From the NCBI GenBank assembly GCA_905331295.1, contig CAJNYD010000014.1:248001-312000 (forward strand): a stretch of DNA of 64,000 bases. Direction: 5' to 3'. How positions within the stretch are numbered: position 1 is the stretch's first letter; every line of letters starts with the position of its first letter. Shown here piece after piece: positions 44,801-59,800 of the stretch. The stretch comes from Rotaria socialis (taxonomy: Eukaryota). A program made the position numbers and the translations under genes. Below the pieces are notes generated by a model. The model was not told where the DNA came from. It did no database searches and saw only the letters and a list, made by a program, of their open reading frames with translations.

Positions 44801-47800
44801 AATACCCTGTAAACAAAAACAAACAGGTGTTTGTCATTAATAAAATATTTCTATTTACCTGATTATGTAAACCAAGTCGATTAATCGCACTAACGCATGA
44901 TGAAATAATTAGCGGTACATGCTGTTGAGTTACTTGAATATAATCTAATAGTTTGCCACCAAATAACCGTGGACGACCAAGAATCGGAGCACGACCTATT
45001 TGTTTTGGTTTTACTGGACGACGTAACAAACTGTAACACATAATCCTATGTTATTCAAACACAAAAAAAGAAGTAAAGATCTCAATACTTTTTATCTTCA
45101 ACACTATTGGCGGGTGGTGCAGCACCTAGTGCTTTCTGCATAATATCATGACGAGCTTGTAGACGTGAAATTAAATTACTACTTAGTGTATATTGTTTGA
45201 ATTTCTAGGGAAAGCGAAAGTATATAAAAATATATAAACAACTAATAATTATAAATGCCTCGACATAATAATCTTCAATTTCTTTTCTTTTATCTTTTGA
45301 AACATTTTGTGGTAAATTAAGGTCTTTGAATAGATCAGATACATCGGAATTTTTAGTATTTATAAATTCCATTAATGATTGTTCTGTGGCTTCGATTGTT
45401 TTAAAAATCTATTAAAACAAAACAAATAAATATTTACATTTCTTCTTTACAATAACAGCTGTTCATTTAATTATTCTCGTCCTTGCCTAAGGCAATCTTT
45501 TCGAAAATAATTGTTTACATACTGACATCAATTTTGCACTTACCAGTTCTTGACACACATATATATATATATATACTTAAACGTCTCAGAATCAGAACAC
45601 CATGTAGAAGTACTTATTTCAGTAGTATGAGAAAGTTTAAAGAAATCCTCAGACTTTTTTTACAGTTTATTTTATTCAATCGATTAAGTAAACTTCTAGT
45701 AGATTGAATTGAAAAATAAATATCAACTATACAAACCTCATCATTTTCTGTCTTTAATCCTGCAAGTCTATTTTGCATTTGTATAAAACGTGATTGCATT
45801 TCGTCACGTATTAATACTTGAGCATTAACAGCTGATACTTCATCACCTTTATGTGGTTCAAACTTGATCTTTTTTGGCATCGTGAATATGTTTGTATAAT
45901 ATTCTAAATATTTTTGTTTGTCCGTAACTGTATCTAAATCACCGATCGCTCGATTTAATGTTTCAATGGTTCTATAATCGAAGAAACAAAAATACTCTCT
46001 TTCTTCTTATCAATTAAGTAAACAACAATTAGCATACCCTTGTCGACCACGTTTTATATTTTCTTGTGCCGATAAATACATTTGGATTGTTTTAGCTATG
46101 GACGTATGAAAACCAAAATTCATGCAATCAATTAAATCTGGTACATCATCCAAACAATATTTTTTCAAGGCAGCATTCACAGATTCAATTGTCATAAGAT
46201 AATCATTACGTGCTTTAAATGCTTTGACTTTTGTTTCCGTATATTTTAGTTGTCGCTAATATTAAAAAGAATTGAATTAAAAATCTTTTTTAGTTCACGT
46301 TTTTACTTTTTCAACTCGCTTTTCCATAGTTTTTTGTTTTTTAGCACTTTTTATTTTTGCAATCTGTTGTTGAATACTTCGTAGTTTTTGTTCGGCTTGT
46401 TTGCTTTCACTTTGATATTGATGATAGGTTTTCAACGTCTAAATAAACAAGCACATGTGTAATCAATATGTTTGAGAAATCAAAGATAATAAATAAATAA
46501 CTTACACTCTGCAATTCATTAAGTACTTTATATATATCTTCATGACTACCTAGGCCAACGGATTTACACTAGAAAACATTTAGAAAATATAAGAAAAAAA
46601 ACTTGTCATTCATCATTTTTACTTTTGCAAACATTCGTCTTGTATCTTCAGCTATTTCATTAAATTTATCATACATATATTTTCCACAAACATCAGACAT
46701 TATTGTATGATATTTAACATGAGTACGAGTATCTTGAACAATAGTATCCCATAGTTTATATATCGAATGAAGAATCCAACTTTCTCGTCTAAGTAGTAAG
46801 CGAAGAAAGAAAACAATAGTATTAAATTTTAAGTAGATAAATGTGATATCTTACCGTGCTTTTTGCGTACGATGTTTTTGACCTATTTGTTTATGTAAAT
46901 TATCGAGATTTTTAGCGTAATCAAGTTCAACATCGGCACGACGTTTGAAATATTCTTGAATTTCAGCAAGAATTGATAACTGTGTATCAATGCGTTGTTC
47001 CAAACATTTTAATTGTTCAGTTAGTTGAAAGCGAATGTCTAATTAACAACAAAATAAAAAGAATAAACAAACAAATTAGAAGTTGAGATTCATTTCTTTT
47101 GATCTGATAATCCTACGAAGTCTATAACGTTCAGTTTGTTTTCGTAATAAAGTTATTTGTGAATTAGATGAACGGCGTAAGCTATTTTTTGTTGAAGCCA
47201 CTCCACATGCATAGTTCACCATGATAGATAGACAACTATATTCTAATTGTTCGTTCGTGAGTCTGCATGATGATTGAATGAGCGAATGAATAAAGGACTC
47301 TTTTTCTCTTGTTCTTCTGCTCAACGACGACGACAGCTATGTTAGAGCTTAATGTATCACTTTATGTGTATGTCTGCCCTCCAACAGAGTAATAGCAAAC
47401 ATTTGTTCGCATAGATATGAACGATGAAAGAGGAACAACGTTATATTCCAATGTGAGGCAAGCACATTCAACATCATCGAATCGGTCAACGTTTTTATTC
47501 GTAGTTATATATTTTTTTCTTTTCTTCCTTCTTCTTTTTTCCTCTTTTGTCTTGTTCATTAGAAATATGATACCTTTCTGTTCATTTTATTGTTTGACTT
47601 TTTCTTTATTTTTTTTTATCAATGAAAAGAAAATCTATGTAATGATAAACTTTTGATATTTCTTTGTTTTCTAACTGTTAAATTTGAAGTGATAATCATA
47701 TCAGATCATTTTTTATTAGGAAAAATTCTATTCAATAATCTCATCTGAAACAATACTTATGCGTGATTGGACAAGTCCTTAATCGAATATTTCAATAATG

Positions 47801-48423
47801 CCTTCAGGCTTCACGGGATGTCATTGACTTCCTACAATTATAATCTTTTCTTTCTCATGATTTTTGACGTTCTCTTTATGAAAATTTAACTCATATGCAT
47901 TTCTTTTGTTTTTAATATTGACTAGCTGACTTCAATTCATCATCATCATCTCTGATATCAATGAAGAATAATAACAAAGCTCCGTATCTTATACACGCGT
48001 TGGTGATATACAATATCTCGAATGAATAGAGATAGGTATTCATTTATATATATAAATATACTATCATGAGAGAGAGAAGGACTTATACACATTTCGCTCT
48101 TTCGAACCTGATATTCTCCTACTCATTTTTATCCCTAATAGTAGAAGATAAAATGGCAATAACTTTTACAAACCTTTAACAATTTGATCAAATTCCACTA
48201 AAATTTGTTTTTCTTTCTTATAGTATTTTTCAATAGGTTTATCTTCATTAAACGATGCTGGCGATGATGGCAATGATATACTAGATGTTAATGGTAATGG
48301 CGGAGGCGGTGGTGTTAGACATTGTAAATAGGACGTATATAATACAAGTGAAGTCGAGCTCACTGTATTGGGCTGACTCTTTGTATTTATAGTGTTATTA
48401 TTTGATTCGGAAGGAGTCGACAT
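41866..48423 (-). CDS. SRGAP: SLIT-ROBO Rho GTPase-activating protein (F-BAR, RhoGAP, SH3)
   Basis: EFDQIVKDIRFQLTEQLKCLEQR...EYFKRRADVELDYAKNL (F-BAR); DVPDLIDCMNFGFH; RPRLFGG...VPLIISSC...GLHNQGIFRVPG, SVAGVLKLYFRELKEPLF, NMMDASNLA (RhoGAP); EAIALFDYVGRTEKELSFKK...WWQG...GYVPDGYI (SH3); PDLVLNLP tail motif. Confidence 0.95.
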
Positions 48424-51400
48424 TACATCTAGAAATAGAACAAAATATAATGAACGAAAATAAATGACAATAATCTTTACATGTCGCTCAATCTTTTTGC
48501 TAGATGTGTTTTTTTTATTCTTAAGGCAGAAAAATAGACATGATAGTTTTGCAAGATAAATAAGAGACCGAGAAAAATAAAAGAAAACATCATATAGAAA
48601 ACTATTTAGAGAAGGACAAAAGGTGGTAATGACTTTTTTTTCTATCTCGTGCTGTTGTACTTTCTAAGTCGACGGCTGCTAAATAGTGATGAAGACTACA
48701 AAGTATGCATGTCGGCAAATAAGAGAACAAGGAAAAAAGCTCTTCGTGATATCTTCATTATGAAAGTACAGCTTTAGCGACATTCTCAACGAACAGGCAA
48801 TAAGAACCGAATAAACAACAACAACAACAACAACAGCAATAAATAAACGACAAACGACTAGTCGGAACAGCAGAAGCGGTAGTTAGTAATAACACATCTT
48901 TGTGCCATTGTGCACATCTTCTTGCCGCTATCGTTGCCATCTTCAATGTAATTGCCATACGTCGTTCGACCGTGCCTTGCCTATCTGCACCTATGTGTCT
49001 TCAGATATCTATCGATATGTACGTACGTACATACGTACATACGTACATACATATATATATACATGTGTGGGTGTGTCAACGACAAACACCAACATCAAGG
49101 ACAAGCAGTTGTCGTGATGCTGTCAAAGACCTAAGAGGCAGAATACGACGCATCGTCCTCGTTGTCTTTCATCGTCAGCAAGACTCTAAATAATGACGAT
49201 GAGACCGAATTTAATGAGAACCAATAATAATGTCGATGTCAGCTTAGTCCAAGAGAACAAGTTCGTGATGATAGCACGCACTATTTTTATTATGATTTGT
49301 CTAAGTATTTATTTTCTTCTTATAGAGAACTGTCATTCTTTGCAGAATCGGAACTTTTGCAGTTTCTCTACGCAAATAAAAAGCAGCAAATTGAGTATGA
49401 TGGATGTAATAAATTATATGTAAGAAGAGCACGAATTATCAACTATTGATCATTCAATAGATATATACATTCATCTAAAATAATCAATGCATTATCTTTG
49501 ATAGATAGAGTTTTTATGCATCGATAAAATGTACATTTCAGGCAGGTACTGAACCGCAAAAAAGAAAAGATACATGTATGACAGTAGAAAATAAGAAAAA
49601 AAATGAATAAGCCAAGAGGGAAATCAATCGATTCTTTTCTAACAGGAAACGCTCTTTTGTTTCTCTTAGACAAAAGAATACAGTAGTCTTACATTTTTTT
49701 TTTCGACGTTGATATGTTATAATTGATCAATCGGAAATAGATATGAATTGCTGGGCGATTAATAAACAAAAGAAGCGAAGAAAAAAAGAAAAAACAGAAT
49801 GTCAACAAGATTGAAGAATATATTGACTCGTGTTTTAGATGAACTGACTGGACAAAGAATTTATGTTGATTCGTCAAAAAATTAGCCATCATGATTTTCC
49901 ATGTTATGGATAGACGCTTATGATTATATTTATGATGCTGACATCTATTGAAGATGGGAAAAAAACAGAATGAATAATTAAATCTTATTAATATCATTGT
50001 AAAAGCTTCATGCTCGATTTATTAGGTTTCATCGAAACGGATAATCGAATAAATTGAGAAATAAGAAAATATGTTCACCTCAAAATCAAAATCGCATTCT
50101 ACAACAATTATTTAGGCGCATACCTTATTATTTAAGAAGCTTTCTTTTTGTATTCCTAGTGAACATCGATATTTATATAATTAAACTATAAAAATTTCTC
50201 ATTTAATTATCATAATTTTCTTCTTAAAACGCTTCTTCTAGATCAACTTTTGTGCTCCAGTATTTATTTAACAATCATAAGATTGTATAAATAGAAGAGT
50301 ATCCGGTTTGACTTGTACTTAGGCGAGTGCTGGTGTCTTTTTTTGTTGTAGTTGCTCTCGCAAAAAATAGATTAAAACCACTAATAGAAAAGAATTTTAC
50401 ATCGTATGAATACTCAGATAAATAAAACCATTGTTAATTATTTGCTTTTTCTGCCCATCTCTCGTAGCTAAAAGTATCTGTCTTCTAATTGACTGTCGTT
50501 TATTACTCTGCTATTGTTAATGCTCTATGGATTTTGAATATAACCATTCTTTGATGGAAATGAAACAATATGTTGACAGACAACGTTTGCAATGATAAGC
50601 ACATAGCTACTACTCAAGAATTTGATATTTTTTCATATCAAATCAAGATAGTAAAAATAGAAGTCTCTCGAATGTTTGATAATCGCGATAGGCTGCTGAA
50701 ACAAAAACGGAAGACAAATTATAGGCTATGCTGATTTGTTAATCGATTAGAGTTTTGCAAAATGAAAAAAAAAAGTTGTCCCAATTAGAGCTCTGAAAAG
50801 ATGCAAAAGAGAAACTATTATAGTTTTACCTGAATTTGTTCTCACTTTTCTCATGGTTTTTGTAAAAAATGCAACAAAAAGATATTTCTTGTTTCTGCCA
50901 TGTATTTTTGTTCTAACTGTAGCTGTTGATGAACATACTCAAACTGATTTAATTCTTAGGTGCACTCATTCGCTAATATACAAAAGTAAAATAATGATCT
51001 TATTTTTGCGTGTTTATCAATGATCTTATTTCAGAGAGTGAACGTGCAGAGAAAATGCAGGATGAATACGAATCAAGTTTAGGAGAATAATCAGCGCAAT
51101 TACCTGTAGTTTATCTGGCGTAAAGAGTTCAAAGGATAAAAACGATGTACCATCGATGTTTTCACTAGATACTCGTAGGGATGAGCAATTATTGTTTTAA
51201 ACAACACTATTTTTTCTCTCTAAAAAAGATGTTCGTTGTTGGGATCACCTTTTTTGCTCCTCTGTAATATAACACAAGGGCAAAGCATAGGAAATTAACT
51301 ATTCAAATAGCATTCATGACTACATGCTTTCATAGTTACTCTAAATATAATCTTATTGAATTATGTGACAAAGATCCTTGCTCAATTAAATATTATTGTT

Positions 51401-53727
51401 CTTATTGCACACTTTTCACAGCGGCGTTCCAATTCTGCAGAAAGGAAACTTCCGAAAAATAATTAACGCACGAAAAGGCAATTTGTAGGAAACTTCCGTC
51501 ATTATTAACTCGCAAGAAAAAGATTCTAACGATATTTTTATTAAAATACAAACTCACATATGGAAAAAATAGAAAAATTTTAATTAATTTATCAACTTAT
51601 CTATGTAGTTTTTTTCGTACGATTCGGTAAATAATAGATTTACCTACAAATTAGTTTTCAAAGTGCTAACTATTTCCAGAAACAGGATAAATACAGCTGG
51701 CAAAAGTATGTTTCATGTACTTCAATTTGCCCTTTCACAAGTATACTTGCTCTTGCTCTCAAGTACCTAAAACATACTTGATATTTGATATAAATATAAT
51801 ATACTTTATGCTTGAAGTTGAGTGTCTCTCAGGAATATTTCAAGATCATTGTTACATCATCTAAGCAATAATTAAAGCTAAATAAGAGTTTTTTCTTCTC
51901 TCATATACCCATACCTTGACGTGCTGACATTGCTTAAAACTATTTATATTTATCCTTCGAGTTTATTCAAAATTATGATGCTCGTTATCATAGATAAGTA
52001 TAGCTCTTGATGAGAAAAAAAATTTACATGCAATCATATATACGTTCTACGAGTGCAGGCATATCATGGCTTCACTCGAATTATCGAATCGTTGACAGTG
52101 TATATTTAAAATATTGTTGCAATATGATATTTATGAAAGATTTCTTAAGTGTAATCTCTCCGATCTGTTTTAATTATATGTATATGAAAGATTTATTTCA
52201 TATAGAAGAGTTTGAAGAAAATGTTGAAAAGTACTCAGAAAACTACTGTAATTGTTATTGTTGCCTTGTATACACTGAAAAAATGAGCAAGATGATAGAT
52301 GAATGTGAAACACTGTGAGCAATAGAATAATAAATCCTATAGATATATGCATTGATGCTAAATATTCGAAGTCAATTAGAATGAATCTGGATATCACGTA
52401 AAAATGAAATCTATAATTTATTTGTTTGTTTAAAATATTTAGACAAGTATCTAAAAGATGATCCTGAAAATTTGTCAGGCAAGTAAATATAAATAAATAA
52501 TGTATAAACACACAAAACGAAAACATTATTGTAGTAAAGTCAAAAAACAAATGTTTCATAAAGATTACGATGTTGATCAAAATCAATGGCAATGATGCGT
52601 TACCATCAATTATAATTAGTTTACTGATTTCTATGATCGATTGAGTATCGAATTACAAATTCATATGTTTGATTTGAAGTGTCATGAACATGAGCTTCGA
52701 TTTGCAAGACGATACGATGAACTGGTCTAGACGCTCATTTGTTTTTACATTGAATTCTGATCAGAAAACTTCAAATAATTACGTTGATATCTTTAAAATA
52801 TAAATATCTTTACATTTATGACGCGCATTTTGCAAGCGTTGCAGTATTAAATTTATCGATCAAATCATTAATGCCAATACATTCAATATAATATTGTAGC
52901 TACATGAAGAAAAGACTTTCGTTCTATTTATAGATAAGTTAAATAAAAGAATTCTTTTTCTTTCTTCATCTCATATTGTTAATAGAGCGCTGTCATTATT
53001 GAGCTTGATGCCATTCATTTTGACAAAATGAATGATTCGGATATTTTTGCCCAAGAACAAATCGAATTATGATAGGATACAAATGAGAACTTTGATTACT
53101 TCAATGGTATCGAGTCTCTTTGCTGAAAATACAAAACAGTTTTACTATGTAATCCGATTCATATTTACGAAGAGGATCATCGATCTAAAAGCATTAATTG
53201 TCTTTTCATTAGTCCGATGAAATCTCTATTACTCATTCAAATCATCAACTCCGTTGAGAGTTAATAGAGTAGAAGAGCAATGAAAATAATTTTTTAAAAT
53301 AAGTACGTAGATGATTTAATCTGCGTATGATCTCTAACGATATGGAAAGTACGACTTCAGATGATCCAGGAACACTACATATAATCTATAAATACTTCGA
53401 TTACATGTCTAATGATTGAAATAATGAAAGAAATTCATTTTACGTTTTTGGCATTGAAGAGCCTAATCAATCGGAAGTAAATATTTGATTTCACTTATTT
53501 TGAAAGTTTAATGGCTAATAAACTTTTAGTTGAATTCAAAATTTCAATAGAACATAAAATGACTGCTGTTATTCAAACGACTATTGAACTTACACATATT
53601 GTATCAGATAGTTAACAGAAAATTATATTTTTAACTAACGATTTTTTCCTTTTATTTTATTTTTTTCTACAAGCTGTTAAGTCAATCAATCATATGAGAA
53701 AGAAGTCTAACATATTCTATATATATA

Positions 53728-54104
53728 TATGAGCCAGTCCACGTAAGCCACGACCGATCACCATAGAGGGGCGCTCAATGAAGTTCATAGATTTGGGTAA
53801 AATCTATCCCATCTTGTAGAGTATGTTGTTTTAAGCCTCGAACCAAATTTTTAGTCTTATTGGAGAACTCCCTGTTGAGATATTATGATCTTTCGAACGA
53901 ATTTTTACCGTTTTTTAACGACTTTTATATGAAAACAAGACAAAAATCAATTTCCAAATTGGTTTTCTCTCAAGATATGAGTCGGATGGTGCTCAAAATA
54001 ACTTTTCGAGCACTACGGAGCTGAGGTTCACCCAAGAGTACAGTCGAAAGCTTGTGATCTCTGATTGAGCAAAATCGGGTGTGGCTTATGTGAACTGGTG
54101 CATA
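53728..54104. mobile_element. MITE with about 30-bp imperfect TIRs, TA-flanked (Tc1/mariner-like)
   Basis: Left end tatgagccagtccacgtaagccacgaccgat; reverse complement of right end tatgcaccagttcacataagccacacccgat. TA dinucleotides on both sides, no ORF. Confidence 0.75.
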
Positions 54105-56526
54105 TATGAAATTTTATCGATTTGAATCAGCGATAAGTATTATTGAATTACTCTTTGCATTTAATGGTTCGTGCATTGCAGAAAAGAAAGTTCGTCACAT
54201 CAAAATAGGAATACCCTGGCCTAATTTAATAATATATGTTAGCACTATTTACTGGCCGGTCATCTATTGAATTACTTAAACGAAAATCAAGTAGTCCAAC
54301 TTATTCGATTACTAGTTATCAATTGACAAGAAATATGTGCGATCATATAATAATTATGTATTATTCTTTGATTTAAAGTTTAGTCAATATGTTTTTATTT
54401 TCTAATAAGAATGTACTTTAGGTTTTTTCCTCCGTTTAGATTCGTTGTTTATTTAGCATGAAAGACATTCAACCATATCAGGAGATGTCGTATTTTTATT
54501 TGCCATGACTACTTGACCGTATAATAAAATTTGATTATCGATGTTCTTAGGCCATCGTCGGTCCTGTTTGCAAAAATTTTATTCTAAATGATTGTCTGTT
54601 TGTCTTCCGGCATAAAACAACGATCTTTTTATGCATTAGCAATCAGTTCATTTTTATGAAAGATTTTCCTTTTCTTTTATTCATTCAGATTATCAATCTA
54701 TTGCGAATATCATATTTTCATCTATTTTGCTCAACATCAGACAAGAGAAAACAAATAGAACGATAAATGATGCAATAAATAGAGCGTACGAAAAGTCAAA
54801 TGAATCGAAAACTAATTAAATGATCTATTTATGTTGATTTAGATACAGATTACGATGAGATATTTCACATTAAGAGATACTAAATATATTCTCATAAAAG
54901 TTGGAAGAATTTTCCAGCTCATCAACATATAGGAAATAGAAAATTTTTCTTAAAGGCGGATATTAACAAAAAAGTAATCTTTCCGTGCTAGATGTGTGAA
55001 AAAAAGAATTGTTTTTATTCTTCACGCTAAAAGTATCTATCGAAGGAGAGTCACACTCTAGTTTGTCAGTAGAATCTTTTTGTATGCTAAGCGGCTGATT
55101 AGGTTTTCGAGCATGAATTCTTTTGAAATGCTAATTGAACAATCGATGATGTATTCATGCACATTATTAAAGAATTTCCTTTATATTGATGATACATTGA
55201 CGTGTCGTAATGACACTAAATTAGATAGGCAACTACGTGGTCATCTACAGAAGACGTCTGCATAAGCAGAAAAGAAAGGAGAGAGAAAGAACCAGAGAAG
55301 GCTCAAACAAAACTAAGTTAAGCCATTAAAGAAAAGTGATGGCCTTCTATTCTATTAGTTTCTTCTAAGTTCTTCCTATTCAGACTGTTTCACGAACTGG
55401 AATGAAAAATAAACATAAGAATCAACAATTCCTTCAGTCATTAAACTGAATCTAGGGTTTCTATTTTATGTTTGTTTCTAACAAAAAAAGAAGCAAAATA
55501 TATTTAAATGCAAGTACTTATGCATATCGTGGGTTTTGGTTACTTGAGTGTGACAGCAGTTACGATGAATTGATGTGCGTGAATGAGTGAAAATAGAAAC
55601 TATAGAACAACAAAAAATGAATGACTGTTACTTGTCATCGACTGATATGAATAATACTTGAAACTCCTCTTGACAATTCGGATATCGTTTTCAATGTCGT
55701 TCTTTCGCCCTGGCTTTCGTTGTTCTTTTTTTCTATTGAATAATATCCTGAACATGAGAAAAAAGATATCAATAGTGTCATAATGAAAACATCAAATAAC
55801 AAAATGGGAGAAAGAGCTGGGAGCACCTTCAACATAAAATAAAATGGCAGTTCCAAGCTGTTAGTATAAATAGAATACAATAGCTAAAGCTATTAGAATA
55901 TGTAATTGGTAATATGATGATATGAAGCGTATGATGATAAAGATATTTCTTCTGTTTTCTTTTTCTTAGTGGATAATTATCGAAACGCCTGGGCGAGCAG
56001 AAATTGGTGTGAAGGAAAAGCTGAAAGAGAAGAAAATATTAGATGACACACGAGAAAAGAGAAGAAATTCACTCGTTTTTTCTTACTTTGTCAATCCTTG
56101 CTCGTCAGTGCTCGTCGGCTTACCTTCTTACGAATGACAAACTCTAAAGTCAAACTCGTTCTCATCAAAAAATTAAGCTGTTCACGTTTCTCTTTCTGGC
56201 TCTTTACGTTGTTCATTTCATATATTCCTGTCTAATAATAAACAACTCTATTTTATTCTATCTTTTTTTCATATTTTTAGTAGTCTTTACCTCTTCTATT
56301 TATAAGTGTGATAAATAATTTGAATTTTTTCTCATATTAGAAGACCTCCTTCTGTTACTGTGCACATCTTGACAGAGAACAATACCGATAGCAACAACAA
56401 AAAAACAGCAGTCCTCTAGAATTTTACTGTTTTTTGTATATGTAAACGCGCGCTCGAAAAAAAGAAAAAGAAAATTTCCATAAATGCTGGCGTTTTGAAT
56501 CTGTTCCCTTTAACGCAGTATTGTGC

Positions 56527-56528
<2 letters not shown>

Positions 56529-56556
<28 letters not shown>
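56529..56556. repeat. (GT)n microsatellite
   Basis: Uninterrupted GT run upstream of the PDE start codon. Confidence 0.95.
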
Positions 56557-56557
<1 letters not shown>

Positions 56558-56729
56558 CAACAGTTAGTGCAAGCATCCTTTACTTCTATACACGCATCTA
56601 TACAAGAGAGAAAACGACAACATCAACGACACGACAGCATTACAGAAAAACAGAAAAAAAAGAAGACGAAGAAGAAAAATAAGAAAAATAAAAGCTATAC
56701 AAGCAACACAACGATCATCATCATCATCT

Positions 56730-56731
<2 letters not shown>

Positions 56732-56773
<42 letters not shown>

Positions 56774-56798
56774 GTTATTTGTTATTGTTATTGTTATT
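56732..56798. repeat. (ATT)n microsatellite decaying into ATTGTT
   Basis: Long ATT run just upstream of the PDE ATG. Confidence 0.9.
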
Positions 56799-56820
56799 AA
56801 TATCAATTTAGTAATTGAAT

Positions 56821-59800
56821 ATGAACAACTTGAACCATGTCGATTTCTCTTCATCAAATGCTAAACCGGAAAATTCATCTATGACTACAGTTAATATACT
56901 TGGTCGTCTTCGCATAGCAACTGAACAAATTCGATACATTCAGTCCAGTTTAGCTCACGATGGTAAATGATAATCACAGAACTTTTTCTTATATATTCGA
57001 CTTTTCATATTAGTTGAGAAAGAATAAAAAAAAAAGAAATAGAAAATTCTAAAGACAGGGAAAGAGTATCAAATTAATCTTTCTATTGAAAGTCGAATTA
57101 AACAAAAATTGATACAGAGTTTTCTTTTTGTTCTTTGAATTTACTATTAGCTTTTTTCTAGGTCTCTCTGATCAAGTGGACATGTTAGATAAAGTTGGTA
57201 AAGAACTCGATGGTATGTTGATAATAAGTTGTTTTCTTTATTATTTTCTTCTTTTTTATCTTATCCTCAAATTACAATTGAAAAAAAAGAAAAGAAAGTC
57301 TCCTCTAACACAAAAAAAGATGAATGATTTCAAGCTTTTTTCTTCTCGTTTTCTTTTCAAATCGAGGATATAAATAATCATTCGAAATATTCTATTATTT
57401 TTCTTGTTTCAATCAAAATGTTATTTAATCTACTGTTCTATTCAAAAATCGATCCATCCTTATGAAGGCATCGGAAAGTAACAATGAAAATATCAATAAG
57501 GATTTCTTTTTAAGGAATTCTGTTTAATTTGGGCGACATCTTTTCCGATGATACAAGACAAAGTGAAATAAATATTACATCACATGATGGTCAAATTAGT
57601 ACATGGTTAGAACAAACATTTTCTTCAAAACCACAGCGTCCCCCTAATAGAGCTGCAGCTCGTTTTGAATCAATTAAAGCTGTTATTCAAGCATCATCGT
57701 TTGTCAATGCTTTACAAAAACAAGTACGTCAAAATGCCAAAGAACGCCTAACTACCGTACTTGATTTACCTGTGGATATTTGTAAATTAAATTTATGGTC
57801 ATTTAATATGATGGAATATGATGAGCCAATGGTCTTGTCGACATTACTCATATTTGATGCACATGATATCATATCGCGCTATCGTATTGATATTGAAACG
57901 TTGAAAAATTTCGGACGAGCTCTAACCGATGGTTATCAAAGTACGTAGAGAGAGAAGTAAATTCAAACGAAAACGAAAAACATAATCTTCTGTGCCTATA
58001 GAATATCGAGCTCCGTATCATAATGATTTTCATGGAGCTGATGTACTACAAACAACGCATTGCTTACTAATAAAAAGTAGTTTAATGAACGTTTTTACGC
58101 AGACGGAAATAGCTGCATTAGTAAGTTAAATTAAATTATTCGCTTTAGAAATTATATTTTTTTTCTGTTGCAATTAGTTATTTGCAGCTGCTGTTCACGA
58201 TTATGAACATCCCGGTTTAAATAATGGTTACCTGGTGAAAACAAAAAACGATTTAGCTATAATTTACAACGATTTTAGTGTACTAGGTAAAATAGCAGAA
58301 TCTAACCTGCAGCGTCTTTATTTTTCGTATGAACGCATATATGTCCAGATTTTTCTTTGAATATAAAAGGCCAAATGATTTTTGTAACATATGCTGCGAT
58401 CGAAAAAATGAATAGAGACAAAAATTCTCTTATTTTCACTGTAAGACATTGATTGTAAAAACAAAAAAATGATCCATAGAGTCGCATATAGTTTTAATAT
58501 TAAGAGAACAAAAACGAATTCAAGAGAAAATTGAGACTTTTATTTAATATTTCGTTTGTCTCTTGGCTTTTTTGGGAACAAAATTAATTGATCCTGTTAG
58601 ATTTTGCTAACACAACACTTTATATTTCCGTGTTTTACAATTATCAATTTCTTGAAATTTGATATTCATCACTGAATATTTATTCTTGAATATTTTGAAT
58701 AGTCTAGTAAATGTCTAAGAAGATAATACAAAAATTTGACAACATATCTATCAATGTAATGGCTTGTTTTGTAAACAAAATGTTTTCTTAAATCTAAAAT
58801 GAGTACCTGAGTTTTATCACTTAATGTGGTCTAAAATATACGAAAATAGAGAATTCATCAATCATTGATAATGATCGTTCTTAACATCTATGTCATCATT
58901 TGATCGAGAGAATTCATAGTAAGAGAAACAAAATATTCGTGAACGACGATTTGACGTTGCATTTTGTAATGATTATGAGTGAATTTTTAATTAAGTCTGT
59001 TCGTCAGTAAGAATATCTATTTAAGGAGACAATCTCCTTTTAAGCTACTAGTGAAGAAATGTTCATCAGACAATCTTAAGAGTTTCAGGCCAGACGAATC
59101 TCATTGAGTATAGAATATGCTGTCGTCGACTTTATATTCTTGAATATTTCCCCTGCAGGAGACATTAGAATTACAATTTTATAACGTGGCCTGTTTTCTC
59201 AGCTAAAGATTCATTTAATAGAACTGAAAGTTTTTTTTTTTGATAGAAGGCATTGTTCAATTGTTCTGCTTCTTATTTTTTTTCCGTTCAAACAGAAACA
59301 CTGAAAATGAAATGAACATTTTTGACAGAAACCATACTCTTTCTTATAAACTTTAATATAAAAACTAGTCGTAGTACATCATAACTTGAAACCTAGAGGC
59401 TAGACAGCCTAAATACTTTAATTAGAAGAAAGTTTTTAGCTCGATTATGTACGCTATTGTTTAAAGGAAGACACTAAGGCGATTTTCTCTTCATAGTCTG
59501 TAGCAAATAGAGAATTCTTGAAATAAGCTTCATGCACAGACGCTTGCGTAGCAGCACAGAAAAAGAAAAAATAAACCAGCTAAAAATATACTATCAGGAA
59601 GAGAGAGAGCAATCTTCTCCCTAGAGTTTTCAACATATTTCGAATGCTGTTAACGACACGGATAATCTTTTAACAAAAGAAAGAGAATATTTTACAATAG
59701 ATGTTTTTTCAATTATTCTACAAAAAGAACAAAACACACTCGGCTAAATTCTTAGATAAAATTACTACATATATATATATTCGTTATTTGTTGTATTAGA

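Noticed and set aside
48758..49193. Overlapping short ORFs with TACG/TACA repeats
   Set aside because: Low-complexity non-coding sequence upstream of srGAP, with no protein similarity recognised.
51443..51520. Two copies of aggaaacttccg...attaac as a possible CRISPR-like repeat
   Set aside because: Only two degenerate units in eukaryotic DNA with no cas genes; probably a local duplication or transposon remnant.
56495..56857. Poly-Ile and poly-Asn ORFs
   Set aside because: Produced by GT and ATT microsatellites upstream of the PDE start.
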